Source: Adineta vaga
Lineage: Eukaryota > Animalia > Rotifera
Direction of reading: 5' to 3'
DNA length: 64,000 nt
Assembly (NCBI GenBank): GCA_021613535.1
Contig: CP075497.1
Span: 5,890,001 to 5,954,000, forward strand
The notes under the pieces were generated by a model, which saw only the letters and a program-made list of their open reading frames with translations, had not been told where the DNA came from and did no database searches. A program made the translations under genes and the position numbers. Positions 1 through 13,621 of this stretch are shown here, piece by piece (positions within the stretch are counted from its first letter, which is position 1; each line of letters opens with the position of its first letter).

Positions 1-228
1 AAGTTATGCATCGACATATATGTCGAGAAAACACTTCTAATGTTTTTTCGTTACTAGCAAAACAGTTTTTCTTTCTCTCATAAAATCTTGATTAGATTTC
101 TACTTGTTAAAAATAAGAAAATCATAGAATAACAATAACATTGACATGTCAAATGTCATTTTCACTATCATAAATATATTTTATATTTTTTTCTCTGGGG
201 TTCCATCTCTATTATTTCTTATAGATTT

Positions 229-252
229 GTATATATATATATATATATATAT
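229..252. repeat. (TA)n microsatellite
   Basis: Visible tatatata run; similar runs at ~1132-1168 and ~57806-57823. Confidence 0.85.
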
Positions 253-1699
253 TGTTATGTCAAAACTAAATCTCTCAATCATAATCATTATCTATGATGA
301 ATTTGGTCGAAAAAATTTTCTTCTTGAACGATCTTTGTCGTCTGAATTTGTTTGCTAATATTCCAATCGGAAGTCAATCAGTATGAAGCTAAGAACGAAA
401 GGAAAAAATGGCATAGAACAGATGTTTGATCTATCGTTAGTTTTGTCACAAGTCCAGACTGTAATATATAGACAAATTTTTCTGCAAGGTAATCTCATCC
501 TAATATACACATCTGTATGCATGTGTTTTCTCTGTGCACGATATCCACAGAAAAGAAAAATCTATCTTGTCATGTACACATTTATTCCAGTTGTTGATGA
601 AATATGCATGTGAAATTAGACGAATGACATAGTAGAGAAGGTAGTAGTTATTCCTTCTTCTTCTTTTTTTCTTTTCTTTCGTTAGTTCCCGGTGAAGATG
701 ATGATGTTACTCAGACGTTATTTTACTAGTACGCTAGATGGAAGAGATAGGAAACAACAACGAATCAACATACAGCCTTTTCATTAGTACTATCAAGCGT
801 GCACGACAACTCTTCCTCTTGCCGTTAGTTCAAATCCTTTTTCTTTCTCTACACTAGCAATAACATCGATGGTTCGTCGTTTGTATTCGTCTTCTCTTCT
901 CACGTCCTTTTCTTTACTTCTCTTTCTCTCTTTTTGCACTACAGTTCCAAACATGTATGCGTTCTAAATTTCTGTCAATCAGTACATCATATTCTTCTAG
1001 CTATCCTGTACATCATTTCTTTGTTTATGATGACGAGATCATTTTTTTTCTGTTTTGTTAATGTGTCAATGTTAGTTTGTGTTGTTTTCAAGACACTTTT
1101 TTAGGAAGTAGATACGATTATGTTGAGAGAAATATAGATATAGATATAGATATATATATATATATATACAAATATTAAAAATAAAAGATGCAGAAGAACA
1201 AGAAGAAAAAAAAATAAGATGTCACTCTTTCTCTTGCGCTCTACTGACGCGTGCGGTGAAACAAAAGAACAGAGGTAACTTTGAGAAAAAAAAAGAAGAA
1301 GAATGAGAGAGAACGTCCTTCGTACTTTCACAACTTTTCTTTTTCTACTATCAAACATGCGCTATCTACAACCTAGGGAGTGGATCCATGCAGATTTATC
1401 TCGCAAGTATCCCCGTCGATCTATTCCGAGCTCAATATTTTGATTAAAAAAGTGTCACGTTTCCGAATAAGAACAAAACTGTAAATACATTAGACACATC
1501 GACAGATATACAATGACAAAATGCAGAACTTGTCTTCGACTAAAGGAACCTTTTTTTATTCGTTCTTTTCTGACTCTCAAGCGTATGTGAATGACAAGAA
1601 AAATATCAAAATAAGACATAGAACACAAACAACAATGCATTTCTATAAAATAAAAAATCTTTCTTATACTTTCAGATGATTTCTTTTTATGATTAAATA

Positions 1700-4600
1700 A
1701 TGGCATCATCAAACAATAAACTTGAAAATAGTTATTTCTTCTATGGTACTCATCCTGTAAAAGTACCACATACACTTACACATGCCAGTTCAACAACTAG
1801 TTTATCAACATCATCTACAGATCAAAATTCCAATCATTTATCACTTAATTCAACCAATAGTAATCAAAATCATTTTCGTCATGGATTTCTTTCGACAACA
1901 GCACATTCATTAAATAATCTTACAACATCTAATGAAACTTCTGAAGACAACAATACTGAGGTAAAACATAAGAGAAGTTTTTATTTCATAAATTAGTTGT
2001 TCTCACATATATATGTCATTGTCCAAATAATATCACTGTCCGTATGAACATCAACATATGAAGTTTCTTCGGATTCATATGTATTCGATGAACTAACAAG
2101 TTTAGTAAAACTTAATTCTTGTGTAGGATTTAAATTCCATTTAAGACCTTCAGTTCGAACATGAGCAATTTGTCCAAATGGTAATAAACTACAAATTTTT
2201 CCATTATATTTCGATTGAGTATGTATTCGATTGAGTCCATTTGAATGTAATAAAAAAGTAAGATCACATTCAGTCATAATATAAATTTGTAGTTTGGGAT
2301 AAATTGTATTAAGAATATAAAGTGAATGAATTATTCCTGTTGTGTGGTCAAATCGACCACCTAAAGAACAGTAAACGAGAAGATGATTTAAAGTGGAATG
2401 TTTGTCCATCATCACACGAACACATTTTGTAAAATCTGTTGCATTTTGATCATGAGTTTTAACAAAATCAATTGTTGATATTGATTGATAGTAGTCATAA
2501 GTTTTCGCATCAATTGAATCAAAATCACCACTGATATAATCTGGAAGAAAGTTGTTATTTTGTTCCTCAGAATAACTTTTAAGCATATTTGATCCACCAT
2601 CAGCACATCCACGAATGATTGCCTTTTCCCAAATATCTTTTGTTAATAAATTTCGAAGACTAGCCAAAGAATAATTCAGAATAATAATTCCATATTTTAC
2701 CGAATGATTTGTTTCAAAAAATGTATAAGGTTTATAATCATAGCGAAGCATTTTCTTCTCCTTCAGTTAGCAAACCAAAATCATATAAAATAAATAAAAT
2801 TTTCTATGTCATATGGACGTACATTAGATTTATTATTTCTCTAGGCAAAATAACTTGTTTTTTCAATGTCATAGATAATGTAACTTGCGTCTAAGAAGAA
2901 CACATGCGGAAGAAAAAAATCTATATGATCACAGATGTTTTTAGAAAAACGAGCGTAGAAGAAGAAGAAGAAGCGCGTGTATGTTGCTGATGCAGTATGA
3001 CTGAAAAATAATAATAGGTTATCAGTTCTCGATTTTCATTCATTTAGCGACATCCAGACTAAAATGAAAGAAGGGATAGGAAGAAAAGAAAGAAAGAAAA
3101 GAAGAAAATGTATTGATGATGCTGTATGAAATCGAAGGCATATTTATATAATAACATGATCGAATTAATTCCAAGCGAGATTTACTTATCGCAAATGTAA
3201 TAAATAATTTCATCAAGGATTAAATTCTAGTCAATCATTGTAACACGACGCAAAGAGAAAAGAAATAATAATATGTTTTGCCCTTGAAAATCTTATGAAA
3301 AGATTATTGAATTTTGATTTTGATTTAGATTTTTGAAGATGCATTAGAAAGCTTCGATGATGATAAACAAAACACACATTCAAATAAGTTTGTTGACTTT
3401 TGAAAGATATTTTTTTATATTCATTTCATTCATGATGTTCATAGACCATCATCGAAATCTTATAATGAATCACCAGTCGATCTCGGTCAAGCATTAGTTG
3501 AATGTCAACAAATCACACAATTAATATTCGAAAATCGTTTGAATGAAGCTTTACGAAGAACGAAAGAACAGTAAATATCATGATTGATTAAATCATCATT
3601 TCTACTTTTATATTTAATAGAGAAAATCGATCATTATATCATAGTTTATGCCATAGTTCAATAAGTTTCATGCAAGCTGGTATGACCTTCAATCAAGTAA
3701 ATCAACTGAGAGAATATTTCATTCGATACTATGAATACAAATTTTGTAGGATGATATTGAAGCAACAATTCAAGCTTTACGTCATACAACAGCAATGGCA
3801 AAAAAAAGTGAATCATATCGTTCATGGATATCGTTTAGTTTAACTGGAAAAGCTGCAATGACCGAATGTAAGTTTAGTTCATCAGAGAGTAATACGATTG
3901 AATTGATTTAACTTAAACTGTTCCAATGGAATTCGTGGTGTTATAAATGAAGAAGATTTTTGATTTGTTGATCGTCAGTTATCACAGTTCGAGTTGATTA
4001 TGATAAAAAACTAGAAGAAATAATGTACAAGATGTCATTAAACCGGAACATTATCTGAGCAATAAGATAATCAAATTTATTTTTGAAATTAAATGAACAA
4101 AACAATCGCGCATTGTTTATATTTCTAGATGAATTACATGCGAAATTAGTCTATGCCGAAGCATTATTGATTCGAGCTTTGTTAACATTTATTCAAGATC
4201 AAGGTTTATTTAATTTTATCAGTGGTGCTTTGAAAATTAAAGAATGCCATGATCTATTTGCGTAAGTATGATGAAATTCGAACACGAGATATAATAGACT
4301 TTTATCTGTAGAAAATTAGCAAAGAATAATGATCCGTCCAGATTTTCATCGACTTTATCATACGAACATTTTGATAGTGGTGTACGAATGGGAAATGGAG
4401 CATTTAATCTAGTATGAAAACACACAACGAGATATATTTAATGTAATCTTGATCTTTAGATGATTGCTAATCTACCACAACGAATCATTCGATATTTAGA
4501 ATTTGCTGGTTTTTCTGGAGATAAAGTATTTTAAAGAAATATGTTTATTGAAGATATATATCTTTGAAATGATCTTTAGGATTTTGGTTTGAACGAGTTA

Positions 4601-6502
4601 GAAAAAAGTGCGACGAGTAAAGGTTTACGTGCGCCCTTAGCAGCATTATTACTTCTTGGTTATCATGCATATGTTGCTCACATATTTGGTAAATGTCTTT
4701 ACCTTTTTAAGTATATGAAATCAATTCTTTTTGTAGGAAATGGCGATGGTGACCTTGACAAAGCACATTCATTAGTTGAACAATACTTAAAATCAAGTCC
4801 TACAGTACGTATAGTCGTCCTTCTATACTATAGAAATATAATAAAACAGACATGAAGGAACCCTTTTGTCATTTCTATGTTTTGTAATTTATTGATCAAT
4901 CAACATAATTAGCTTTTAAATAGACATAGACCAGATGTATTGTTAAGATGGGAAGAAAACTGTAATATGGTTATTGTCTTTCGTTCAGTTTGACATTCTT
5001 GATTGATAAGATTAGTTGATCGAGTATTTCTTTTTCAAAGTCATATACAAGTTTTATAAAAAGAATTAAAATCTCTGTTTATTTTCTAGTCATATTTATT
5101 TCTGGTATTTCGAGCAAGACTTCAAACATTACATTGTCGTCTTAATGAAGTAATTTGAATAAACAAATAAATGAGTCATATAAATCTGTATTCTTGTTTT
5201 ATAAGGCTATTCAGACATATAAATATGCCATTCAATGTCAAAGTGATTGGAAAAATCTTCATCATGTAAGTTGTTTTTATGACAAATCAATTGAAACCAA
5301 ATTTGTTACTTTCAGATTGCCTATTGGGAAATTCTTTGGTGTCATGTGTAAGTCTAAAACGAAAGAAACTCATTTATATAATTGATTTGTTTATCAAAGA
5401 TTTCTACGTGAATGGAAACATGCAGCTACGACGGCAGAACTTCTTTTGAAAGAAAATAATTGGAGTAAAGCAACATCGTGTTATTTGTTAGCTACATTTC
5501 AATTTGAAGAGAATAATACAGTAGCTACCGATGAAATTATTCAATTATATAAGTAAAGAAGTTTTTGAGATCGAAGATTAATTTTAAACGAAAAGAATTT
5601 TTGTTATTTAGACGTGTTCCAGATTTGAAAATTCGACTAGCGGGTAAATCCATTCCGTTAGAAAAATATGCGATCAAACAATGTGAACATTTTCTCGCAC
5701 AAAAATGGCTTTTCCTTCCATCATTGGTAAATAAGGACATCTAGAATAGATTTTTAGTTGAAATAACTTAAAAATTATTTTCTAATGAATTTTCCTGAAA
5801 AACTCGAATTTCTAACACAAAATTCTTTATTCTTCTATTTTTCCTAGGAATTAGTCTATCTTATGAATGGTTTTTATATTCTTGCTCATGATCATAGTAA
5901 ATTACAACAAACCCTTGATATTGTTAATAACGCATTAAAAGATTGCGAAGTTAATCATCAAGGTAATTCGAGATTTTTTTTCGATTTTATATTTCATATT
6001 TCTCTTTAATAGATGATAAATTCTATGCCGATAGTTATGGTTCCGGTTTATTACTTCGTGGAGTTCTACTCCATTTTCTTCGACGATACGACGAAGCTCT
6101 TCAAGCATTTGATCAATTAATTGATATGTTCGTCTTTGCTTCATCGAATGTATTACTTTTATGATAAAATCGTTTTTTCTTAATTATTTAAGATCAAAAG
6201 AATTTGATGAAAAATCTTTGTTAACACCGAATGCTTTATTCGAAAAAGCAATGGTTTATATTGACATAGAACAAAAACAAAAAGCAACTGAATATTTACA
6301 AAAATCAATGTAAAAAAATGAAAACCTACTTTTTTTCAAAGGTGTTTGTTTGTCTATTTTTTTTAGTGAATGTAAAGATTATCAGCTTGAGTCTCGTCTT
6401 CATTTTCGTATCAATGCAGCGATGCAAAAAACCAAACGAATGGAAAATGATTCCAATAAAACGACCGATTCGTATAAAGAAAGAAAAAGTAATGAAACTT
6501 AG
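1700..6502 (+). CDS. TTC39: Tetratricopeptide repeat protein 39 family (multi-exon)
   Basis: Exon 1 1700-1960 (donor gtaaaa at 1961) joins in phase to 3329 (IFEDALES). Later exons read ELHAKLVYAEALL, HFDSGVRMGNGAFNL, RYLEFAGFSGDK, AGKSIPLEKYA and the C-terminal YQLESRLHFRINAA, all TTC39-family motifs. Stop TAG at 6500-6502. Confidence 0.9.
1993..2751 (-). CDS. TPK1: Thiamine pyrophosphokinase, intronless, nested antisense in TTC39 intron 1
   Basis: 252-aa ORF with CADGGSN, PDYISGDFDSI, DQNATDFTKC, LGGRFDH, TEGLKWNL and LVSSSN motifs. Confidence 0.95.
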   Translation of the reverse strand: MLRYDYKPYTFFETNHSVKYGIIILNYSLASLRNLLTKDIWEKAIIRGCADGGSNMLKSYSEEQNNNFLPDYISGDFDSIDAKTYDYYQSISTIDFVKTHDQNATDFTKCVRVMMDKHSTLNHLLVYCSLGGRFDHTTGIIHSLYILNTIYPKLQIYIMTECDLTFLLHSNGLNRIHTQSKYNGKICSLLPFGQIAHVRTEGLKWNLNPTQELSFTKLVSSSNTYESEETSYVDVHTDSDIIWTMTYICENN

Positions 6503-6945
6503 TCGTGATAAATTTTGGTATTACAGAATTTCTTAACATGATCAGATGTTTCCAGATTGATTTTTTTGTCACTTTTTTTTTCTGGTCATTTTATCCGGTG
6601 TGTACTTTTTGATTAATAAATATATCTATTTATTCTTTCTATTGGTTTGATTTCTTTTCAAATTCTTTATTGAATAAAAAAGTATTTTATACAAGAGTGA
6701 TTCGAACGTAAAGAATTGTCGGTATTTGTGTACGATTATTTTGATCAAAGAATGTGGATTACTTATTGTTTTTGATAGAATTTTCTGATCAATTGATAGA
6801 ATGATGGAAATGTATTATTCAATAAATATGTTTTGAAAGTTTTAGATTCTTCACTATTTATTTTTTCCATTCCTAACCGGCAACTGCCGGTTTTTCAAAA
6901 AATCAAATTTACTGATCTCATTTATCAATAGTAAAACAGCGAAGA

Positions 6946-8376
6946 ATGTTTTTAAATCAAGCTTTGTATTATCTTTTAACATTACTTGAACGTTCCAATT
7001 TTGATTTAATCTATTTGGCATGGTTATGGGCTTTATTTAAACCATTGTGTCTTTTATTATTATCTTTATTTCTATTACCAGCAACTATACTTTTATTTAT
7101 TTATGGTTCATCTTTGTTTTGTTTATTCTATAAACATTGGAATCGGTTAAAAGTAGGTGAGTTTTTCTTAAAAACAAACATCAAATAAATCGTTTGGTTT
7201 TCTTTTCATCGCATAGGCTGCCTATTCAGATGATTTGTGGTATGGTGCATTGAAAACATTAGCTATCTTATGGGAATTACAAGGAAGTATTTGGCATGGT
7301 AAGATTTGAATGATTGTAGAATCAGAAATCATATTTCATTGTTATTGAATTTTGAATTCTAGGCTATGAAGTCGAAGGTTTAGAACATATTCCAACGGAA
7401 GGACCAGTTTTAATTGTTTTCTATCATGGTGCATTACCCATTGATTTCTATTATCTATTTGCTAAGATTTGGCTTTATCGAAATCGACGTGTACGTGTTG
7501 TTGCTGATAAATTTGTTTTTAAAATACCTGGTAGAATAATCGTATAGAAGTTTTTATTCCTGAACGAAACAGTGCATTTATTTTCTTAGGCCTTGGAACA
7601 CTTCTTGAAGCATTGGAAATTCAACCATCGACATCGGCCATGTGTAAGTCAATGTTGGAAGAAGGTCATGTTCTTGCTGTTTCACCTGGTAAATTGAAAT
7701 TTTAATAAACTTTTTGAAATCTTTGTGTTTTAGGTGGCGTTCGAGAAGCACTCTTTGGTGATCATAATTATCAATTAATTTGGAAAGAAAGACGAGGTTT
7801 TGCTAAAGTAGCTATTGAGGCAAAAACTGTAAGTAGATTATTTTGTTCTCGGTTGAAAATTTCGATTGATTTGTTAGACAATTATTCCAATGTTTACGAA
7901 AAATTGTCGAGAAGCTGTTCGTGCAATGACAATTGGTCGTCGTAAGTCTTTGTCAACATAGAAACAAATTCATTTTTATCAAAGACACTTTTCTTATTTT
8001 AGGATTTTTAAGTTATATCTATGAAAAAACTCGATTACCACTTGTACCAATCTATGGCATGTTTCCAGTCAAAATGATGTAAGTTATCTTTCAAGATATC
8101 TGTTGAAAAGTTTCATTAATTTGTTTAGTACTTATCTCGGTGAACCTATTCCATATGATCCAAATGTGACAACGGAAATGCTTGTTGCTCGAGTAAAGAT
8201 TTGATTAGAAATGAAAGACAAGAAACGATGGATAATTGAAATTGTTTGTTTAGGTAAAGAAAGACATTGAAAATCTAATAGATACTCATCAACGTCGTCC
8301 GGGTAGTATAACACGAGCATGTCTAGATCGATTTAGTTGTTTTTCAACGAAACGAATGGAAATAAAGAATGAATAA
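6946..8376 (+). CDS. TMEM68: TMEM68-like acyltransferase (multi-exon)
   Basis: Exons read WHGYEVEGLEHIPTEGPVLIVFYHGALPIDFYY, VADKFVFKIPG, SPGGVREALF, RRGFAKVA, TYLGEPIPYDP. Stop at 8374-8376. Confidence 0.9.
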
Positions 8377-8719
8377 ATAAGAAGTGAACTTTGATATTTT
8401 TCTAAACTTATTTAAACAGAAGATATTTCACTCTCGATAATGATCTTTCATTCTTGTTTGTTTTGTTATTATTTTCTCTTTTGTTATGCATGCAATGTTC
8501 AATATCTTTTCATTCTCTGCACTTACGATTGTATCGGCAATCTTTACTTTGAGATGAAAAGATGATTGATCGTTATTTTGTTTTTTTTCTAGTTTACAAA
8601 AAAAAGAAAAATTTTTAACGAACATATTATCTTCGTATTTATTCGTATCCATGGAGATGAGCAGATTAAAATGAAATTGATTGTTTAAAAAAATTTATTT
8701 TCATATCGCTGCTAACTAA

Positions 8720-11700
8720 TTACAAAGATTGAATATCAATAGTTAAATTCGGATGTGAGAAAGGTATAAGCCAAAGAGTGACAAAATAGGAAACAAATGT
8801 TGCTGTAAAATAGATATAAAAAAATAAACGATCAATAATTAAACCAATAGCAAGCCATTGAAGACGATATTGAAATCCAGTATTTGAAGATTTTGATGGA
8901 TCTTGTTTTTCACGATTTCGTTTGACAAGTAGATCAAGTAAATTCTGATCAAATTGTGTATATTGACCTTTACATTGATTATAATGATGGAGAATATTTT
9001 CAATTAATGTACTCGGTCTGTTTTGATTTGGTTCAACAACACAAATATTTGATTCTTCGTCCGATTGATTTTTATATTTAGATGATGTTAGCACCAATTG
9101 TTCGTTGTCATGCTCGTCAGAATATCGTGTTTGTTGTCGAATCATCAATGAATTTCCAGTTGCTGTTGTTGTTGTTGTTGTTGAACGTGAATGTGAATGA
9201 TGAGTACGAGAATAATGTGATTGATTGGATCGTTCACGTGTATAGAGTAAAACTTGTTGTAAAAGTAGATTTTCTATCATATTTTCATAATTAGTATCGA
9301 GTTCATTTTTATTTGTAGATAATGGCAAAGGATTTGGTTCACATGAAAGGCCATGTGCTGCGGTTGAATCTTCCTAAATCAAATAAAATTGTTAAGTTAA
9401 ACAGAGAAAAATAGAAATTGTAAAAAATCAGTAGAGTCTAAATATAAATGCAACACAATAAATATAATCACATTTATTTCTACACATGTTATTGCAATGA
9501 TTATGATTTGAAGAGAAAAAAAAACAGATATGTTCGAATATAATAATTAATAAGCTCTTCGAGGTAATGGCGTTTTTGGTATACGTATTACATCGTCATT
9601 TTTGACACCTTTTCGTACCCAAAGTGCGATAGCTCGACCTGCAAAGATAGCTGTTAAGATACTAGCTATCATATTTACTAATGCAATGGATAATTGTGTA
9701 CCAGCAAGCCCATAAGAAACGGATTCTTCTTGTGTACGATTATTTGAATTATCTTTTCCATTCGTTCGATAAAGTGAAATAATAAATGAAAAGTATACAG
9801 TCAAATAAATAGCAAACAATGCTGATACAACACTCATAGTAAATAATCCATAAATCGATGTATAAGATCGACGCATTGCAGCTAAAAGGCCCATAACACC
9901 AGTTAAAAGTGTAAAAAGACCAAATAAACTAGCTGGATATGTCCATGGCCACCAATGTTGATAATAATTCGTACTTCTATAAATATCATCAGTAGCATTA
10001 TTTGCTATATCGAAATTTGTTGCACCATTATATACGCGTGGAAATTCCAATATTTGTGTTAATAGACCGACAATTGTAAGAATAATCCCAAATATAAATC
10101 CATGTAAACCCCAATTTTCCCATAAATAATTTTCAGTAAACTTGACTTGTGCTTGCATTATCAATGTCTGTTGAAAAGTACTTTTGCTGTTTTGTACAAA
10201 CACGTCAGTAAAAGTAATGGCGATGAATATATCTTTCAATCATTCGTTCGTGATTTCTTCGCTTCACTGAATTACTTCCGTTCTTTTCCTCGCTTTACAT
10301 ATCAAAATATCAGATATACGTTATTTACGCATATATCTATTACTTTCTCTCGTCATGTTTTTCGAAGAAATATACTCACTTTTTGACTAAGAACAGTTTC
10401 AACTTTATTTTTCATACAAAGAATTGGTGGCAAATATTTCAATGCTAATTTAGTTAACCAACGTGGTGCACGATGTTTATCCGTTGTACACATAGCAGCT
10501 TGTTGATAAAGATTGGCAACAATAACTGCCATTATAACGGATATTGACTAAAATGTAAAAAAGTATTTTCAACATTCTTTGTTTTATTGAATAACTCACT
10601 GTTAGACTCATTACAATTGTTAAATAGATTCCTAAGAATAAACAAAAGGAATAATTTATGATGATATGAAAATTTTATCTACCTATAATTGGTACTGTAT
10701 CAGAAGTTGCGGGTACTTTCTCAGCAACCATCAACATAAACACAGAAAATGCAACAAAACATGTTAAACCAAGCGTTACTTTTTCACCCGAAGATGTGGG
10801 CAACCTATGAGTCAATGAACAAAATCATCGCATCTTTTTGAATAAAAATTCTATTATTCTTCATACCAGAATGACATACAAGTTAAACAAGAAAGCATAG
10901 CACATGGAATTATCACATTAAATATATAATACAAAGGACGCCGACGAATATGAACACCATAAACTAATTCTCCATAGGTTTTATTATTCTTCGTTCTGAA
11001 TGGAAAGCAAAATTCTAATAAATATTCTGAATATTTATAACAGCGAAGTCATTTGATATTAATCGTCAACAATGACTTGTTATTTTTTATAAATATAACA
11101 GAAAAATAAGATATTTGAAGAACTCATTTCTTTTTTTTTCATTCTATTAGAAATCTGATTAATCAGTCAATTGAAAAACATTCTACATCGCCGAATTCGC
11201 GTTCAACTGAAAACCAATTTAGAATATTTATCGTTTCTTTCTTCTAATAAAACGCTTCTATATTTACCGCCATACAAGACCTTGTTTAACATCGAGAATA
11301 GCCCAACCACTATTTCGTATATTTTCTGATTGTTGTTGATCATTTGTATTTGCAACAAGTTCATATTTTATCGATGAAATATCATAGATCCATGATGCAA
11401 ATTTCAAACCACATACTTGACGATCGAATGGAAAATATTGAATATTTACTTTACATGTCGTACGTAATTTCATCAACACAGGAAAGACAACTTCTCCTGT
11501 ATGATATACCATTACATATGGACCTAAAAAATAATAAAAGAAGACGAATGATTCAATGAAAACATCTTTCTTCTTACCATTAACGACACCTTGTGTTGGT
11601 GATTCACTTGTAAGATCAAATGCCGAATTATAGATATAACTATCAGGCAACCATATTCGATGTGATGGTAATCGAATACCTCGAATACCTACATGTTCTG

Positions 11701-12072
11701 ATTGATTCCAACCAAGATTTTCATCTTTCCACTTTTGTTCTATACGTACGTTGGTTGTTAATATTTGAGTTTTTTCTTCCTGAATTAAAAATTATACATA
11801 AAAATGAAGAATTTCTTCCGTGAAAGATTCTTACAAGTTCAAATAATTGTGTAATTTCCATTCGAAATGAAATGGTCACGACTGCATCAGAGTGTCTAAC
11901 TGGTCTTACACTTGGTTCATAATATTGTAATAATTTTCTTATTAATTGTTGTTCAGTCGTACAGTCTAATTTCGTAGAAAGATATGAGAGATAAATAATA
12001 ATTAAAAAATTACTCACCGGCATAGGAAATAATGAACATGAAAAATAAGAATACGTCGAAAGTTTTACTCAT
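8720..12072 (-). CDS. Cys-loop ligand-gated ion channel subunit, nicotinic-receptor-like, non-alpha type (multi-exon)
   Basis: Signal peptide, YEPSVRPV, WLPDSYIYNSA, Cys-loop CKVNIQYFPFDRQVC, RRRPLYYIFNVIIPC (M1), SGEKVTLGLT (cation-type M2), VPATSDTVPIIG, M3, and last exon 9373-8720 with WLAIGLIIDRLFF (M4). No vicinal CC in loop C. Start could be 12072 or 12039. Confidence 0.9.
9547..10158 (-). CDS. Four-transmembrane protein, MS4A/CD20-like, intronless, nested same-strand in the nAChR-like intron 9374-10379
   Basis: Open frame 10239-9547. Likely ATG at 10158 follows the acceptor ttttcaacag (AG at 10169-10168). Four hydrophobic segments; TYPASLFGLFTLLTGVMGLLAA..SVVSALFA resembles MS4A TM2-TM3. 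Family call is tentative. Confidence 0.7.
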   Translation of the reverse strand: MQAQVKFTENYLWENWGLHGFIFGIILTIVGLLTQILEFPRVYNGATNFDIANNATDDIYRSTNYYQHWWPWTYPASLFGLFTLLTGVMGLLAAMRRSYTSIYGLFTMSVVSALFAIYLTVYFSFIISLYRTNGKDNSNNRTQEESVSYGLAGTQLSIALVNMIASILTAIFAGRAIALWVRKGVKNDDVIRIPKTPLPRRAY

Positions 12073-13621
12073 ATAACTACACTGTATCAATAATGAATAA
12101 TGAGAATAGAAATGACAAATAGCATGACTTAATATGATTCTGATTGAGAAGAATATGTTGTTACTTTTTCCCTTGTCGACTGATGATGTGCTCTCATCAA
12201 AATCTATAGTAGACATATATATTTTCTTCTTCTCCTTCTTCTTCTTTTTTCTTTGTTCTTTCTTAGATTGTAAGAGAAAGAAAAAAAAGAATGTTAGTTC
12301 TCTTTTTCTGTACGTACTAAGAGCGTGATCGTCTTCTGTTTTCTTTCATCATCATCATCATCATTTGTCATTTGACGTTAGAATCCTATTCATCTACTCC
12401 ATTATAAGTCTACTCTATATTCTTCATTCGATACATAGTAAAAGCTAAAAGAAACGATCATCTAAACATCTGTCTGTACCTCGCGGGAAACTTGCAATGA
12501 GATGGAAATAAGTAGTCAACAAAATTTATCATTCGACACCATCAACAATCTTATTTATTATCTTTCTTTCTAAATGAGTAGCAAAGAAGAAGGGCAAAAA
12601 TGCTTGTCATATTTCTCAATCATTTGTTCTTCTCAACAACGTCTCTCAGAACGACGACTTAACATACATATATACACGCATGACACTTCCATTGACTCGA
12701 TACATGCATTTCCATATACATGTGTAGATGTATTGGGATTACTTATTGATAATAAATACAAGGCTATCATGGAATAGTCATGAAGAAAAAAAGAGAAGAA
12801 AATACTTCTCGCGACTTTGTTAGAGGACGAGCAATAGAAGAATTTGACATTATTATAAGCTATTTTCACACAGCATGTTTTTTATCGATAATTGTAACAC
12901 TTAAAAGAACAGATGTATATTCACTGTTGGATCATTTCTTATTGGAATTAAAAGATGAAATATATGTGAAGATAGGTTAGCAATTATTCGATGTTCTGAA
13001 AAGAATCTAACAACAAATAACAATTGTCTTGTCTTTCGACTAAATAAAAATTTTAATCGTGTGATTATCACTGTATACTCAGTTCTTTGAAATTATATTA
13101 TCACATACATAATTTCTGTAAAGTGTGCCAATCGATTTCAATGACATTCTCACCCTGAATGTCAAACAATTCTTATATAATTAACATTTCTAAACGATTT
13201 CATGAATAATAATAATATATATATATTGAAAATATCGAATTTATTCGTAATTATACTTGTAAACTCGTATATATAACAAAAACTGCTATGATCATTTATA
13301 TACAAAAGTTTCTATAACAATAATAATGTATCTGATCCATAAATTTGAGTGATATTTCGAAAGTTTATTCGATGTATTGCTTGATCACGATTTTCACTCG
13401 AATTGTTTTTTATTTTCAATTGTTGCTTTCTCTAATCGTCATGATTTGAAAGGCGTATTTTTGCTTTTCTTCTTCAATTTTTTGTGGCCGATAATGTTTT
13501 TAATGTTGAATAAACACTTCACCTCCTTTTTTCTCTCTTCTGGTATTTAAAAAAAAATTTAAAGCGAAGAGAAACAAACGAAAACTGTACATTCACATTG
13601 AAGAAATTATAAAATCTACTG

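Noticed and set aside
1-1690. Several 70-106 aa hydrophobic ORFs
   Set aside because: Low-complexity AT and microsatellite translations with no motifs or coherent splice pattern; probably promoter or UTR sequence.
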